Shown one piece after another: positions 50,184-62,036 of a DNA stretch of 64,000 nucleotides. A program made the translations under genes and the position numbers. The notes below the pieces were generated by a model. It worked only from the letters and a program-made list of their open reading frames with translations. It had not been told where the DNA came from and searched no databases. Positions within the stretch are counted from its first letter, which is position 1. Every line of letters begins with the position of its first letter. The DNA comes from Paraspadella gotoi (taxonomy: Eukaryota > Animalia > Chaetognatha): positions 24,374,223 through 24,438,222 of the forward strand of contig CM119267.1 in NCBI GenBank assembly GCA_051294375.1, in the 5' to 3' direction.

Positions 50184-50916
50184 TTACGGCTGCTCAACAA
50201 AAGGTTGCGCAAGATTCTAAAATGAGTTTCAAGATTTTTTCAAAAAGATAAGTCGAGTCTTTCATCTCGTGTTTCCATTTACTTACCTTTGAGTCTCGCC
50301 AGCGCGGCGTGCGTTAGATAAGGGGAGGAATAAAGAAAGGAAAGAAAAAAAGAAGAAAAAGAAAGGAGGAAAGAAAAAGAAAAGAAAGAGAAGATAAAAG
50401 ATAAAGTAGAAAATGTAAAAAAGGTAAAAAAGGTAAAATAGGTTTTTGTACAAGGTTTTTATAAGTTAAAGGCGGTGTCCAGCATTATTAAATTAAATTA
50501 AATTTATACGAAAACGTAGACATAAACTCATTAAATCTAACAATTAAAATTTGAAAAATATTTTTACTACCGGCACAGATCCTAAGAGTGGTATTTGTAT
50601 ATTTTAAGAAAATGGTTCAAAACCTAACTTTAATGAATGTTATGTGTATGATTAAATGAAAGGAAATGAAAACGACTTGATAATAAATTTAGATTTGAAG
50701 GCCATTTTACTGCATCTGATACAACGAGTATCCTCTCTCGTCTGGACCGGGTTGTTGTCGTTGTTGTTGTTGTTGTTGCCACTGAAGAGTAGGTCTGGAT
50801 GATGAGAGGGGAGGAGGAAGAGGAAGAGGAGGATGCATGGTGGGGGAGAAGGGTGAGGCACTTTTCTCTGAGGAATTCCTCGACTGAGAAAGAGGAAGAG
50901 ATAAGTGAAAATAACG

Positions 50917-50917
<1 letters not shown>

Positions 50918-51003
<86 letters not shown>
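50918..51003. repeat. (GAT)n microsatellite
   Basis: Direct inspection; source of the poly-Met ORF. Confidence 0.95.
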
Positions 51004-51259
51004 CGACGACGTTAAAGACTTACCTTTAGGATATTCAAAACGCGTTATTCTTTGAATTTGTAAACATTTTTTTCTATTATTGAAATTATCAAACTGAAAA
51101 TCCAGAAATTTATAAATGAGTTGGTATTTCTTTAATTTTTTGAGAAAGAAATTTGACTAAGAATAAAATTATAAGTCGAGATTAAATCCGACGACAGAAG
51201 TTTCATCTTGAGTTCAGTTTTTTTTATTGGTAAGAATTAGGAGATGGGCGTTTCTTTTT

Positions 51260-51294
<35 letters not shown>

Positions 51295-51678
51295 ATCTCT
51301 TCTCCTTCTCTCTCTCTCTCTTTCTTCCAGTAATTGTGGTTTTAAAAATACCACATTATTTATTAATAGAATATTATTTACGCAAAAAAAAAAAAAAGCG
51401 AAATCTTTTAGAATTAAAATTTATCGAAATTTAAAATGTATTAAAATCGCGTCATTTTTTAAATAAGATTTCGATCGAAGTTGTTTTGTAATGTTTTCTT
51501 TTTTGTTTTGTTTTTTCTCTTTTTCTTGTTTCGTTTTTTTCAGGTCGAATGTTTCTTCGTTTATCCATCATTTTCGTTTTTTTATCCAGAAACGAAAAGG
51601 GAGTGAGGCTTCTGAGTCTGGCGAGTGGTGAGGGAAAAGAGAGAGAGAAAGTTGAAAAGTTCACCAGTAATTCGAGGG

Positions 51679-51763
<85 letters not shown>

Positions 51764-53063
51764 AAGTTGGCTTATCGTTCGTGTAGGGGGGTGAGTGAGA
51801 GATGAGATAAAAGTCCAAATTAACTTCTCCCTGTGAGAAATGGAGAGGGAGGGGGTGATGTGAGAGGGAGAAAGAAAGTTGGCGTGAATCTCCGAAGCAG
51901 CGAGTTGGAGGTGAGTCTGGCAAAAAGATTCACTGTGGAGATGAAAATTGTGATGATGTAAGGAATCACTGTGAGGTTTTGTAAAGCCGAAAGGTTCGAA
52001 TGGCCGTTTAAAGTAGTTGGTATTTGAATTAGTATTTTTTTAACATACTACATGTAATCTTTAAAAATAACGAGACACAAGACAATTGCGAAAGTGGTGA
52101 GCTCATTCACCCGCATGAAAATAAAAAAAATGGTCAAAACGAGATAAAAGTGACTTACCCGCATGGGGACGCGGATTTCAATTTAAAAATAAACAAGAGA
52201 GAATAAAAAAAAAACAAAACCTGAACCGTCAGAGGGATTGACTGACCGACTGACATACGAAAATAAATATAATCGTCTGAAATTGACGTCGGCCGCGACT
52301 AGGAAATAATATGGATTAATTGCTGAAGGAAAGAAAATACGAATAATACGTAATGCGTATATCGTGTTGAACCTTGATGCATTCGTGGATACTAATATTG
52401 GTTCGTATTTTATTATTGTGAATAGTATTAAAACTTTGAAGAATTTTAAAGAATCCCTTGGATTTCGACACGCAACTAACTTTTAAAGACCTTTTTTAAA
52501 ACGAAATAAGAAATAACCAAAGAGAGAGAGACAGTGAGTGAGAGAGAGACACACACGCATCAACACTCACAGTCACAGTAAGTTCACGAAACATATCCGC
52601 CAATTAGTCGCTAACGATGTGAAAATTTCGCCTCTCGATCTTTCAACTACGACTTCTGCGGTTGAGTAGTTTTTACGTTCGTCCAATGGGAGAGCAGCTG
52701 GTACGAAATCTGACCAATCAGGGACGAGTAAGTCGAATCCTCTTTAGCGATATGTTATTTCCAGGGAGGATTAGTTAATTTTCTATAATCTCATTCTGTA
52801 TTTCTCTCTTTCTTCTCTCTAGATCTCTCTCTCACTCTCTCTGAAAAATGTTCACACTGCCCGTCCGCCAATAGGAGAACTTTGTTCATTAGCGATTAAT
52901 ATACGAATTCAGTAAGTTAAACTGCGACGATCGAAGATCATCGGCCAATGAGATCGCAAGTAGGAAGACTGACAACCAATTAGAGGCCGATGATCGACAG
53001 TAAGTTAAAAGATATTTAATAAGGCGTTCTTATTTTTCATTACATAAGGAGATAGAGAGAGAT

Positions 53064-53095
<32 letters not shown>

Positions 53096-53828
53096 TTTTG
53101 TCTGACGGATTATAATACCCATTATAAATTATGAAAGGAATTTGCAATGGGGAACATAGCTAGCAAAGAGAAGTAAGAGAGAAAGAAATTAGGGTACTTT
53201 AAGTCTCTCTATAAACTTTACAGTCTAGTCTTTTCTCTCGGCAAACTCAAGTAAAGCCAGTTCCCCGAAAAAATAAGAACGAAGTATTGCGCCGCAGTGA
53301 TTTATGATCATTGGTCATAGTCATTGGTCATGGTCAAGTCTAAAACACATTGCGCAACAAACATTTAATGTTCCCCTCCCTTTCTGCTAAGTATTAACTG
53401 AAATGACTCAGTATTAGATAAATTTCTGGTCATCAGACCGAATTTTTTGCATCATTCCCATTTGCTGAGTCTAAATAACATAACATAACTTAACATTACA
53501 CAGTTTTATTTATTATTATTTTGTTTAAAATAAAAACAAAAACTACAAATATTATCATTTGAGAGAAAACGACGAAACCCATTATCCTCAAAAGACAATT
53601 GATATTTTTAAAAAAATTTTGTCCACAACAAAGAATGAGGTTTCATTGTACATAATTAGAAACAATTTTATCATTAAATATTTTCCCGTTATTATTGTGC
53701 TGTAAATGTACTTGTTTCTTTGCTTCTGTTTTCAAATTTAATATGAAAATTAACATCTCATTTTTTGTGTGCCTGATTCCCAGGTCCATCACAAAATGAG
53801 CCTCGGATTCGTTCGAGCGACGCGATCC

Positions 53829-53980
53829 TCATTCCAACTTCGCTTCGAAAAACCTGACGTTTCGAATTTCGACGGCGTAATCTTCGTGACGCCCGTAGTT
53901 GCCTGACCTGACCCACTCGGTCTGAGGGGGGAGGGGGGCGGGGGGGTTCAAAAAAGGGAGAGAGGATTTAATGAAGGGAG

Positions 53981-54060
<80 letters not shown>

Positions 54061-57000
54061 GGGCAGTTTCACGGGTGGCCGTAAGAATAGTCATTAGTCA
54101 AATAAAAATAATAATTAATAATAAATAATAATTAATAGTAGCCAAAGAATAGTCCTTTCCAAGATCATCTTCCTCGTGTACCTGAGTGACCAAGATCCTG
54201 TAGTGTTTGAACTCTTTCGGTTCCTTGATCACGTGATCTCTCTCTTCCGAGGTTCTCTTCCATTCTGGTCCGTTGTCTTCTTGGAAAAGAGTTTCCCAGG
54301 CGGACTCGTCTTTGGATCCTTCAGAGATTGATTGATTGATTGATAGAAGATCGATGCTTCGTTGATTGAGTCTTTGTTCGGGCTTTTGATTAACAGTATT
54401 ATAGGATCACACCGACAGGAGATTCATAACTTCGGATCTGACTTTAGTCCGCCACTACAGGTGGGTTTGACGTAACCTCTGGCTTACTAGCATTGACACC
54501 AATGGGGCGCGAACCCAAGGCCGCTTGGTGGGAAGAGAGAATTCTCGATCTTACGCCACCGGGGTCGGGTTTATGCAGTCAGACGGGTGGCGATAGTAAA
54601 TGAGTTGCCACAGTATAAGCATTTCTAATAACTCTTTTGATTGTTTATACTGTAAAATGTGAATTGATTCCAAGTTTCCATCCTTCACTCACAAAACCTT
54701 TTTAAATGAGCCTTACCCTGGAAGAGATACTTGGTAGGTCCAGTCGGGAGCTGCCGCTGCCAAATTGTTCCCTGAAAAGTGAGCCTTCCCACGGTTTTCG
54801 AAGAGGGCAACGAATATTGGATCCACTGAGACTCGAAGGGAACGTTCTTCATTTGCTTGGAGACCCAGATCGCGTTGCGAGTTCCTGGCCAAATACAATC
54901 ATTTCATGAGCTCCACGATAATAAATTAATGCTGTAGAATCGCTGAAGTATGTGCAATGTAGTGCATGTAATATTTATGTATGTAGTAGTGTATGTAGAT
55001 GAAAACTTTTTCCACAAAGAATTGACCTCATGGAAATGTCAATGATTTTGCAGTGAAGAAAGAATTACCCAACATGAAATTGAGTAAAACCATTCCTTTA
55101 AAATGCTTTTTTGGAAAAGCCGAAAGTGCCCGACGTAAAATTGACCGCAACCCCCCGACCTTCAAACGCTTTTTCGGGCAAGTATGGATTGCCCCAAACT
55201 GAGCTGGCTTTCGCCGAGCCTCCGACGGCGACGTTGACGCTTCCGATGACGAGCGACTTGACGAAGAGTTGGACTTGAGATCCGTGGACGATTCCGTAGA
55301 AGGAGACGGGCGTCGTATCGAGGAGATTCTCGCCGGAAAATCTAGAGGAAAGGAATTATACGCCCTGATTGGTTCGTAGGATGATTGGAAAGAGACTTTG
55401 ATTGATGGTTTGATGACTGGATAATATGTTGGAAAAATGATGTTAGCCTTAATTCATCATAGCCGGTTAAAATTCAGGAGTCAACATGCCTTCAATGAAT
55501 GGATAACTTTTATGAAATTGGTACAACCAATATAAAAATTATCCATTCATTTAATAAATAAGCTATCTTGCCCCTGACTTTGGACAGGCTTTGGAGGTTT
55601 AAGGCCTCCATCACTCTTATATGATAATGACATAGCAGGTCCCTGCAAGCTTTCAATCAAGACTCTCTCACGGTCTCGTTTATTCAATCCCAGAGTACCT
55701 GGCTTCCCTATCAATGAAGTGGTATAATATTTCAAAGAATGTTTCAATTGTATTAGTTTTACCAATTTTATAAGCGTGAGAATTGCTCAACAACAAAATT
55801 GCAACAATGACGACGACGACGACGACAACGACGACGACTTTAACCTAAGGTTTATCCTCGAAGAAGGAATTCCTTGATTCTCGCTGAGCATTTCCTTGAC
55901 TTTGATCACGTTCTCGCTTTCTCGAATCTAATGGGGAAAAAAATTGATAAAAGGGCAAATGAGAAATATTTCTAAANNNNNNNNNNTAAAAAAATATATA
56001 TCTTCGGTTTGTGCACAGTGCGCCGATATAGAGAACAAAAACCTGGAGCTTCCAGGGTCCGCCATTGCACTGTGCGCACGAAACGGGTCGCACAGTGATC
56101 GTGATCATCGATCTGAGAATGATGACTTCGTTTGGTTCGATCCCCGCTTGTCTCAGAGTCAGGGATTCGTCGATCTGTAGGGAGACGACAAAAACATAAA
56201 CAAAAACAATACCTTTATCACCATGACAACCACCCTTGCCGATTTACCGGTCGGCCTTCGTCGTCGAAGAGAATGAAGCCTTCCTTCTGGATCCCACCGA
56301 CTTTGACGATGTCTCGCCGCAGATCGGCGATGCTCACTTGTTCCTTGAATTCGATGGTAAAGTTTCCCAGTTGTCCGCCGGCGACGCTCACGACCGGAAC
56401 GAGTTGTCTTTTGTTTGACAAAGAGAGTAGCGAAGATGCGCGATTAAGAAATTAAAAACGAATACAGAATAAAACATTAAATAATTAACAATAACAGTAA
56501 CATCAATTGCCTTTTTTCCGAGGAGTAGATTCCGAATTTCGGCGCTGGGGGCGTGGAGAGCGCGTCGGCGAAAACAGAGACGAGATCGAAGTCAGGAAGG
56601 ACGCGACTGAAGGCGACGACGTTGGCGAGGAATTCCGGAGGCATCGTTGGGAAATCTGGGGGTGAATGCGGGTGGGTAAGCGGTGCGTGGTATGGAGGGG
56701 GAGGGGGGGTGGAAATTATGGGCGGAAGTGACGATAAACAAAGGAAGGCGAAAGTGAAGAGACAAACTAATTTGCTAGAAACCTTTATATGTATATAATA
56801 TAAATGTAAATATTATATAACTCTCTTTCTCTAAATTCATTTTTCGTGAACAAAAACCAAACTTTCAAGTAAAACAATTTTTGTTTTATATCAACAATGA
56901 TTGTCTAGCTTAACTGTCACCTGATGAGCTTGAAGACGGTCTCCAGCTGCGGCCCACCCCCAACGCCCCGTCGCTTCGTCCACTCCGTCACGAAGCGGAA

Positions 57001-57937
57001 GAGTTGCTCCTCCGTCAAGGGAAGTCGCTCCCTCGTCAGGATCCGCTCCAGCTGCTGCAGAGTAACGTCATTGAAGGTGGAGTCGGCGGCGAAAAGACGT
57101 CGGTCCACCTTTTTTGTGTGGGAGGGAGTGGGAGTTTTAAGAGAAAGTTTAATGTCAAGTAAATTATAAACAAAAGACAAAAAAATATACATAAAAAGGA
57201 TAGCCCAAGCCCAAGGGCCTTATTTTTCAAAAACGCTCCATTTCAGAATTAAGTTTTAAGATTGAGTTAAAAGTTAAAAAATAAAATATATATTAGATTA
57301 TGGATTAAGGAATAGGTTAATGATAAGGGTTAATGATTAGGATTAAGATTAGGATAAAGTTTAAGGACTACGGTTTAAGGTTAAGAAAGATTTTAAGATT
57401 CGAGGTTTGAGATTAAAGTTTAAGGTTTACTATTCAGGGTTATGGTTAAGGATTTAGTTCGGCTTAATGATTAAAAATAAATATTAAAAATTAGTAAAGG
57501 AATTAAGAAACAGAAATGGGTCGCTTTTGGAAAACAGAGCCCTCCCACCATCTCTACCCCAACCACCACCTCCGCCACCACCACCTCCCCCCTTACCTCG
57601 ACGATGCCGAGACACTCTTCCACCATCGCCTCGACGCGGCCGTTCAACGCCTCCTCCAAGAACAGGAAGACGTTTCGCGACGAGAGACGTTGACTCATGA
57701 AGGCGCGACAAGAGTTTTTGAGGGAAGGAACGTCGAAGAAGTTGGCGAGGAAGAGGAGTTCCTGAGGAGGAGGAGGAGGAGGAGGAAGAGGAGAAAGAAG
57801 ATGGCGAAATATATACCGTATATTGTAGTTGTTAAGGTTCTTAATAATGTTATATGTTATATGAAGAAATTTTAGAACGGGGTTGAGTGTGCTCGTATCT
57901 CCAGGACCAGTAATTTAAATTTTATTCATCAATGGAG

Positions 57938-58024
<87 letters not shown>

Positions 58025-59976
58025 AATTATAGAAATTTAATTATATTTCATATAAATATCAAATTTTATTAATAATTATACTTTGTATGGGGGAACTTCT
58101 ACACAACACGAGGTTATGGGTATGTCGCCTCACAACTAATTAATTAACAAACAATACTAACAAGTGAAACCTAACGAACCTGCCTCATGTTGGCGTCGAG
58201 GATGTCGACCTCGAAGACATAGAGGAAGCGGACGAACCTCTTCAACGTCTCCGTCGACACCTCGAAAGGCGTTCGGAGGACGACGAAAGGAGGCTGAGTA
58301 GGAAAGGCGCCGCCTTCGACGCCTGGAACGGCGGCGGTGGGAGCCGGCGTCGTCGGCGCGCCACCTTGCGTGGGTGCCGCGACGTCGGGTTCGACTTGTT
58401 CTTCCATAGAGGGCGCCGCTTGAAAGAAGGATAAGGAAGAAGAGGAAAACGACGACGACGCCTCTCGTGGTGCATTTTCGTCTCCTACGCTTATGATGGG
58501 ACCTTGTAAGCCGGGCATTGGACCGGGTAAGCCTGGCATCGGCCCATTGGGCCCTGAAACCCCTGGTATTGAGCCCGGGACTCCTGGCATCGAGCCCGAA
58601 ATCCCTGGAATCGGGCCCGGAAGCCCTGGCATGGAGCCCGGAACTCCAGGCATTAATCCAGGTCCACCGGGAATCCCGCCTGCTGGCATAGAGCCTGGAA
58701 CCCCGCCGCCCCCTGGCATCGGTAACGGCATCGATCCGTTTCCCGTCGGAATTCCTCCTCCTCCTCCTCCTCCTCCTCCTCCCGCTGCCATCCTCGCTTC
58801 CTCAATCATTCGCCTGAAGACGTCGCTGATCTTCATGAGGATGAGGGAAGAGGCTCCGACCTGGAGGTGGCGTGGGGGGAAGGGAGGGGGCGCAGTGGTG
58901 ATGGTTGATATTATTGATAATTTTATATTGGTTGTACCAATTTCATAAAATTTAGCTCCTCGTTTTTTGATGCTGGTGCGGAGTACAATATAACATTCCC
59001 CGATCACAGACTCCCGCTTTTTCACAGCACCATAGATCCCTTTATCACCACAGCATCATAGGTCCTTCCATCACCACAGCAGCATAGATCCCTTTATCAC
59101 TACAGCACCAAAAATTCTTTATCACCGCAGCACTATAGATCACTTTATCACCACAGCACTATAGATTCTTTTATCACCACAGCACTATAGATTACTTTAT
59201 CACCACAGCATCATAAATCCCTTCATCACCACAACACCATAGATCCTTTCATCACCACAGCATCATAGATCCCTTTTTCACTACAGCACCATAGTTCCAT
59301 CGGCGCCAACTAAGAAAACGTCGAAAGTCGTTGGGTCGTTAAGCAGCGACGTCGCGAGGTCTTTCGCGTCGCTGGGCGGCCGCGGCGCTGCAGGGTTGAT
59401 CTCCGGCGGCTGCGGTCCCGGAAACCCGGACGAAGTTCCCGGTACGTATCCCTGTGGGGGCATGCCGCCGCCGTTTGACGGGTAAGGATATTGGCCGGTA
59501 GGAAAACCGCCGCCGCTGCCGCCGCCACCGTAACCATTCCATCCGGCCGAGGGTTGCTGCTGAGCGGGAAATCCGGGTAAAGGTTGCTGCTGACCGGGGA
59601 ATCCTGCTGAAGGCTGCTGTTGACTGGGAAATCCTGCTGAGGGTTGTTGTTGACCGGGAAAACCGAGCGAAAAGGTTCCCGTAAACCCGCCGTTAGTCGA
59701 CGGGAAGGAACCGGAAGACGATCCGGCGGCTGGAAAGCCCGTGCCAGGAAATCCGCCGCCGCTGCCAGTAAAACCACCGTAATTTTGCTGTTCGGCAGCG
59801 GCGGAAGCAGCGGAGGCGGCGGAACTTGGATTTTCACGATGATCAACAGGTGTCGGTTTTTGAGTGACGACAGCGGCGGCGGCAGCGTCGGCGGCGGCGG
59901 CAGTGGGATCAGAATTCTCGGCCTGGCCGCTTAGTGGAGAGATCAGGAAAAATAACGTCAATATTGCGTCCAACAT
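53829..59976 (-). CDS. BTB-BACK protein with two ubiquitin-like domains and a C-terminal F5/8C (discoidin/galactose-binding-like) domain; one apparent frameshift near 56653
   Basis: BTB: LLNDPTTFDVFLVGADGTMVGASSLILMKISDVFRRMI...TLKRFVRFLYVFEVDILDANMRQELLFLANFFDVPSLKNSC. BACK: LSSRNVFLFLEEA...EEQLFRFVTEW...LIR/FPTM. UBL1: ...SIADLRRDI...GRPIDESLTLRQAGIEPNEVIIL. UBL2: ...VIKVKEMLSENQGIPSSRINL.FSGENLLDTTPVSFYGIVHGSQVQL. F5/8C: NVAVGGSAKASS...QWIQYSL...PTKYLFQGSKDESAWETL...FKHYRILV...EIRNVRFF. Stop at 53829. Confidence 0.8.
54341..54612 (-). mobile_element. Putative solo LTR with a tRNA-like unit, related to the TRIM LTR
   Basis: Minus strand runs TG...CA. tRNA-like segment at 54494-54566 (tggcgtaag A-box, TT-CCC-AC loop, gggttcgcgccc B-box), followed by ctag, aacccacctgta and gatccgaag, paralleling ctag, aacccgcctgta and gatccaaag in the TRIM LTR. 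No clean TSD. Confidence 0.45.
55507..55752 (-). repeat. Copy of the dispersed ~240 bp repeat
   Basis: Reverse complement of 41096-41337. Confidence 0.8.
55977..55986. other. Assembly gap (10 N) in an intron
   Basis: Run of n. Confidence 1.
59023..59294. repeat. Minisatellite, ~27 bp unit x ~10
   Basis: Unit cacagcaccatagatccctttatcac with variants. Confidence 0.9.
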
Positions 59977-62036
59977 TATTAGATATTTATTTTAAATTTC
60001 GAGTTTTTTTTTCGCCTTTTTTGAGTGAATTTAGTCAAATATCAGTTAATTATATTTACTAATCGTAAATTATAAAAAACTATTTCATTGATGGCTTAAT
60101 TTAAACCCGACGTTTCGGAAAAAAAGTTGGCCAATGGCATCACAGCTTCGGTCGTATTCCGTCGGTCCAAAAAAATGCAAATTTTACCTAATATTAATTA
60201 CTTCCTTGAATGAAACGTAATTGGGGGAAGGTTATAGTCCTTTTTTTTAGTATTTCCCAAAACTTAGGACCAAAGAGGCTTATGCAGATTTTTTACGTGT
60301 TCATTTCGCTTACACTTCAGTTTAGGGACTATTGGTTTCTATTTGCAACATTTCTCTTTGTAGTACTGCTTAGTTTAGTATGCAATAGATACGACCAATA
60401 TCAAATATTGACCAGGTTTTGGACGGGGCAGGCAGGCCGTGGTTGTTTAAGCCATCTAATAACATACCAAGCAAACGGTTAAAATAACTGCTCTTCCTTA
60501 TCACTAAAGCATAACTAAAGGGAAAGGATAATATTATCCGTCTGACATTTGGCGGCGAGTCATCTATCTGCTTTAATTGCATGTTCCGTTTCAAGGTTAT
60601 TGTCTCCCCAATTGTACCAATGTATTAATTGAACGAAATCTCCTCTTGTGCATCAAGAATTCACATCCCAGGTTATTTTACAACCGCAATTGGCATCGTT
60701 AGCAGTAGCTTTTTTTCACCCTTTCTAGCTATTTCCTTAGCTCATTCATAAGCTACACGATTGCTAATAAATAAAAAAAAATGGTGATTTTCGCAGATAA
60801 ATAATTGGCAATTTTATTTTTAATTGACTTAGAGTAATACAGTAGTTTCGGCGGCTAAATTTCCCAAAATAAAAAGGGGTGGGGAGAGGAAATATTGCTG
60901 ATTTTCTTCAGTTGCGAAAATGTAAATTAGGATTTGGGAATTTAGGACGCGAGAGTACGCGACACAACCGGTCTTGATAGAACGTCACAGATCTCTAGAG
61001 GGCGTTAGGGGGTGGAGTGGGGGTGGGGTGGGAGGAACGAGTGGGAATGAAACCCTTTAAGGTCCCCGTTTATAAATTCTCATTACTTCGATATAAATAC
61101 GTAAGACGCAAACATTTTTTTAATTAAACACGCGTTACATGAGAGAATTACGACGAAAAATACCGACAATATGCAATAATTAGGATTCTGGATGCGATAT
61201 GACATAGTAGGCGCAACCGATATCGGTTTATTTTTTTTTTTCGTGATTAGCGATGGATAGTGTTATTTGAGGGTGACTCAAGCGCCAGAAAAAAAGAAAA
61301 AACTAACAAAAACCGCACTATTGTTTAAGGTAATGATTTTGTATAGCATTCATTCTAATCTCTTCGAAATACAAAAGTATTGAAGATTTTATGTTTTGAG
61401 CAGTCAACTTGAACAGATTGAGACATGACAAGACCTATGTAATAGTAATAATAGAGTGATAATTGTAAATAATTATCGATAATTATCACTAATTAATAAT
61501 CAATCATCAATAATCTCACGCCAAGTGGGGTTTCGAAGTCGAGGCGTTCGAATCCAAGAACTAAACGAGTAGCGATCTCCATTGGGCAAACGTATTAAAG
61601 TTTTCGAAATAATGATTATCGAGCGAAAATATATATAATATCACTGATAAAAATCATCCTTTTATCGTCTTCTATCAATCGATCAGCGCGAAAAAGAAAA
61701 GGCGATAACTTTTCTTTAAAAAAAATTTCAAGTAAATTAGGAGAAGAAAAAAAAAACAAACAAAAAGACAAAAGCCAATCGATAATTATTTTTTCCGCTT
61801 CAAAATCGTGAAGATAAAAATTATCGATGGAATCGAAACGTTTTTAGAAGATCTCGATATATTTATATATTAAATTAAATGCATTTAATAGTTCCAAACT
61901 CGGTCTCATCTTTTCATCTTCTTTTTTTTCTCTCCTCTCTTTTCTTCTTTCTATCTTCTTTCTATTTTTTTTCCTCTTTTCTCTCTTTTTCCCCTTTTTC
62001 TTTTCTCTCTTCTCCTCTCTCCTCCTCCTCCTCCTT

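Larger units (their letters stand above)
41628..52980. promoter_or_regulatory. Series of paired CCAAT (NF-Y-type) boxes
   Basis: Same-orientation pairs at 41628/41661, 44195/44226, 44275/44305, 46785/46815, 49947/49977, 52683/52714 and 52945/52976 (spacing 30-33 bp). Confidence 0.5.

Noticed and set aside
50799-51029. Poly-Met ORF
   Set aside because: Product of a (GAT)n microsatellite.
58493-58948. Plus-strand collagen-like PG-rich ORF
   Set aside because: Antisense shadow of the GC-rich minus-strand exon; lacks Gly-X-Y periodicity.
59023-59294. CRISPR-like array
   Set aside because: Head-to-tail ~27 bp units without unique spacers, in a eukaryotic intron.
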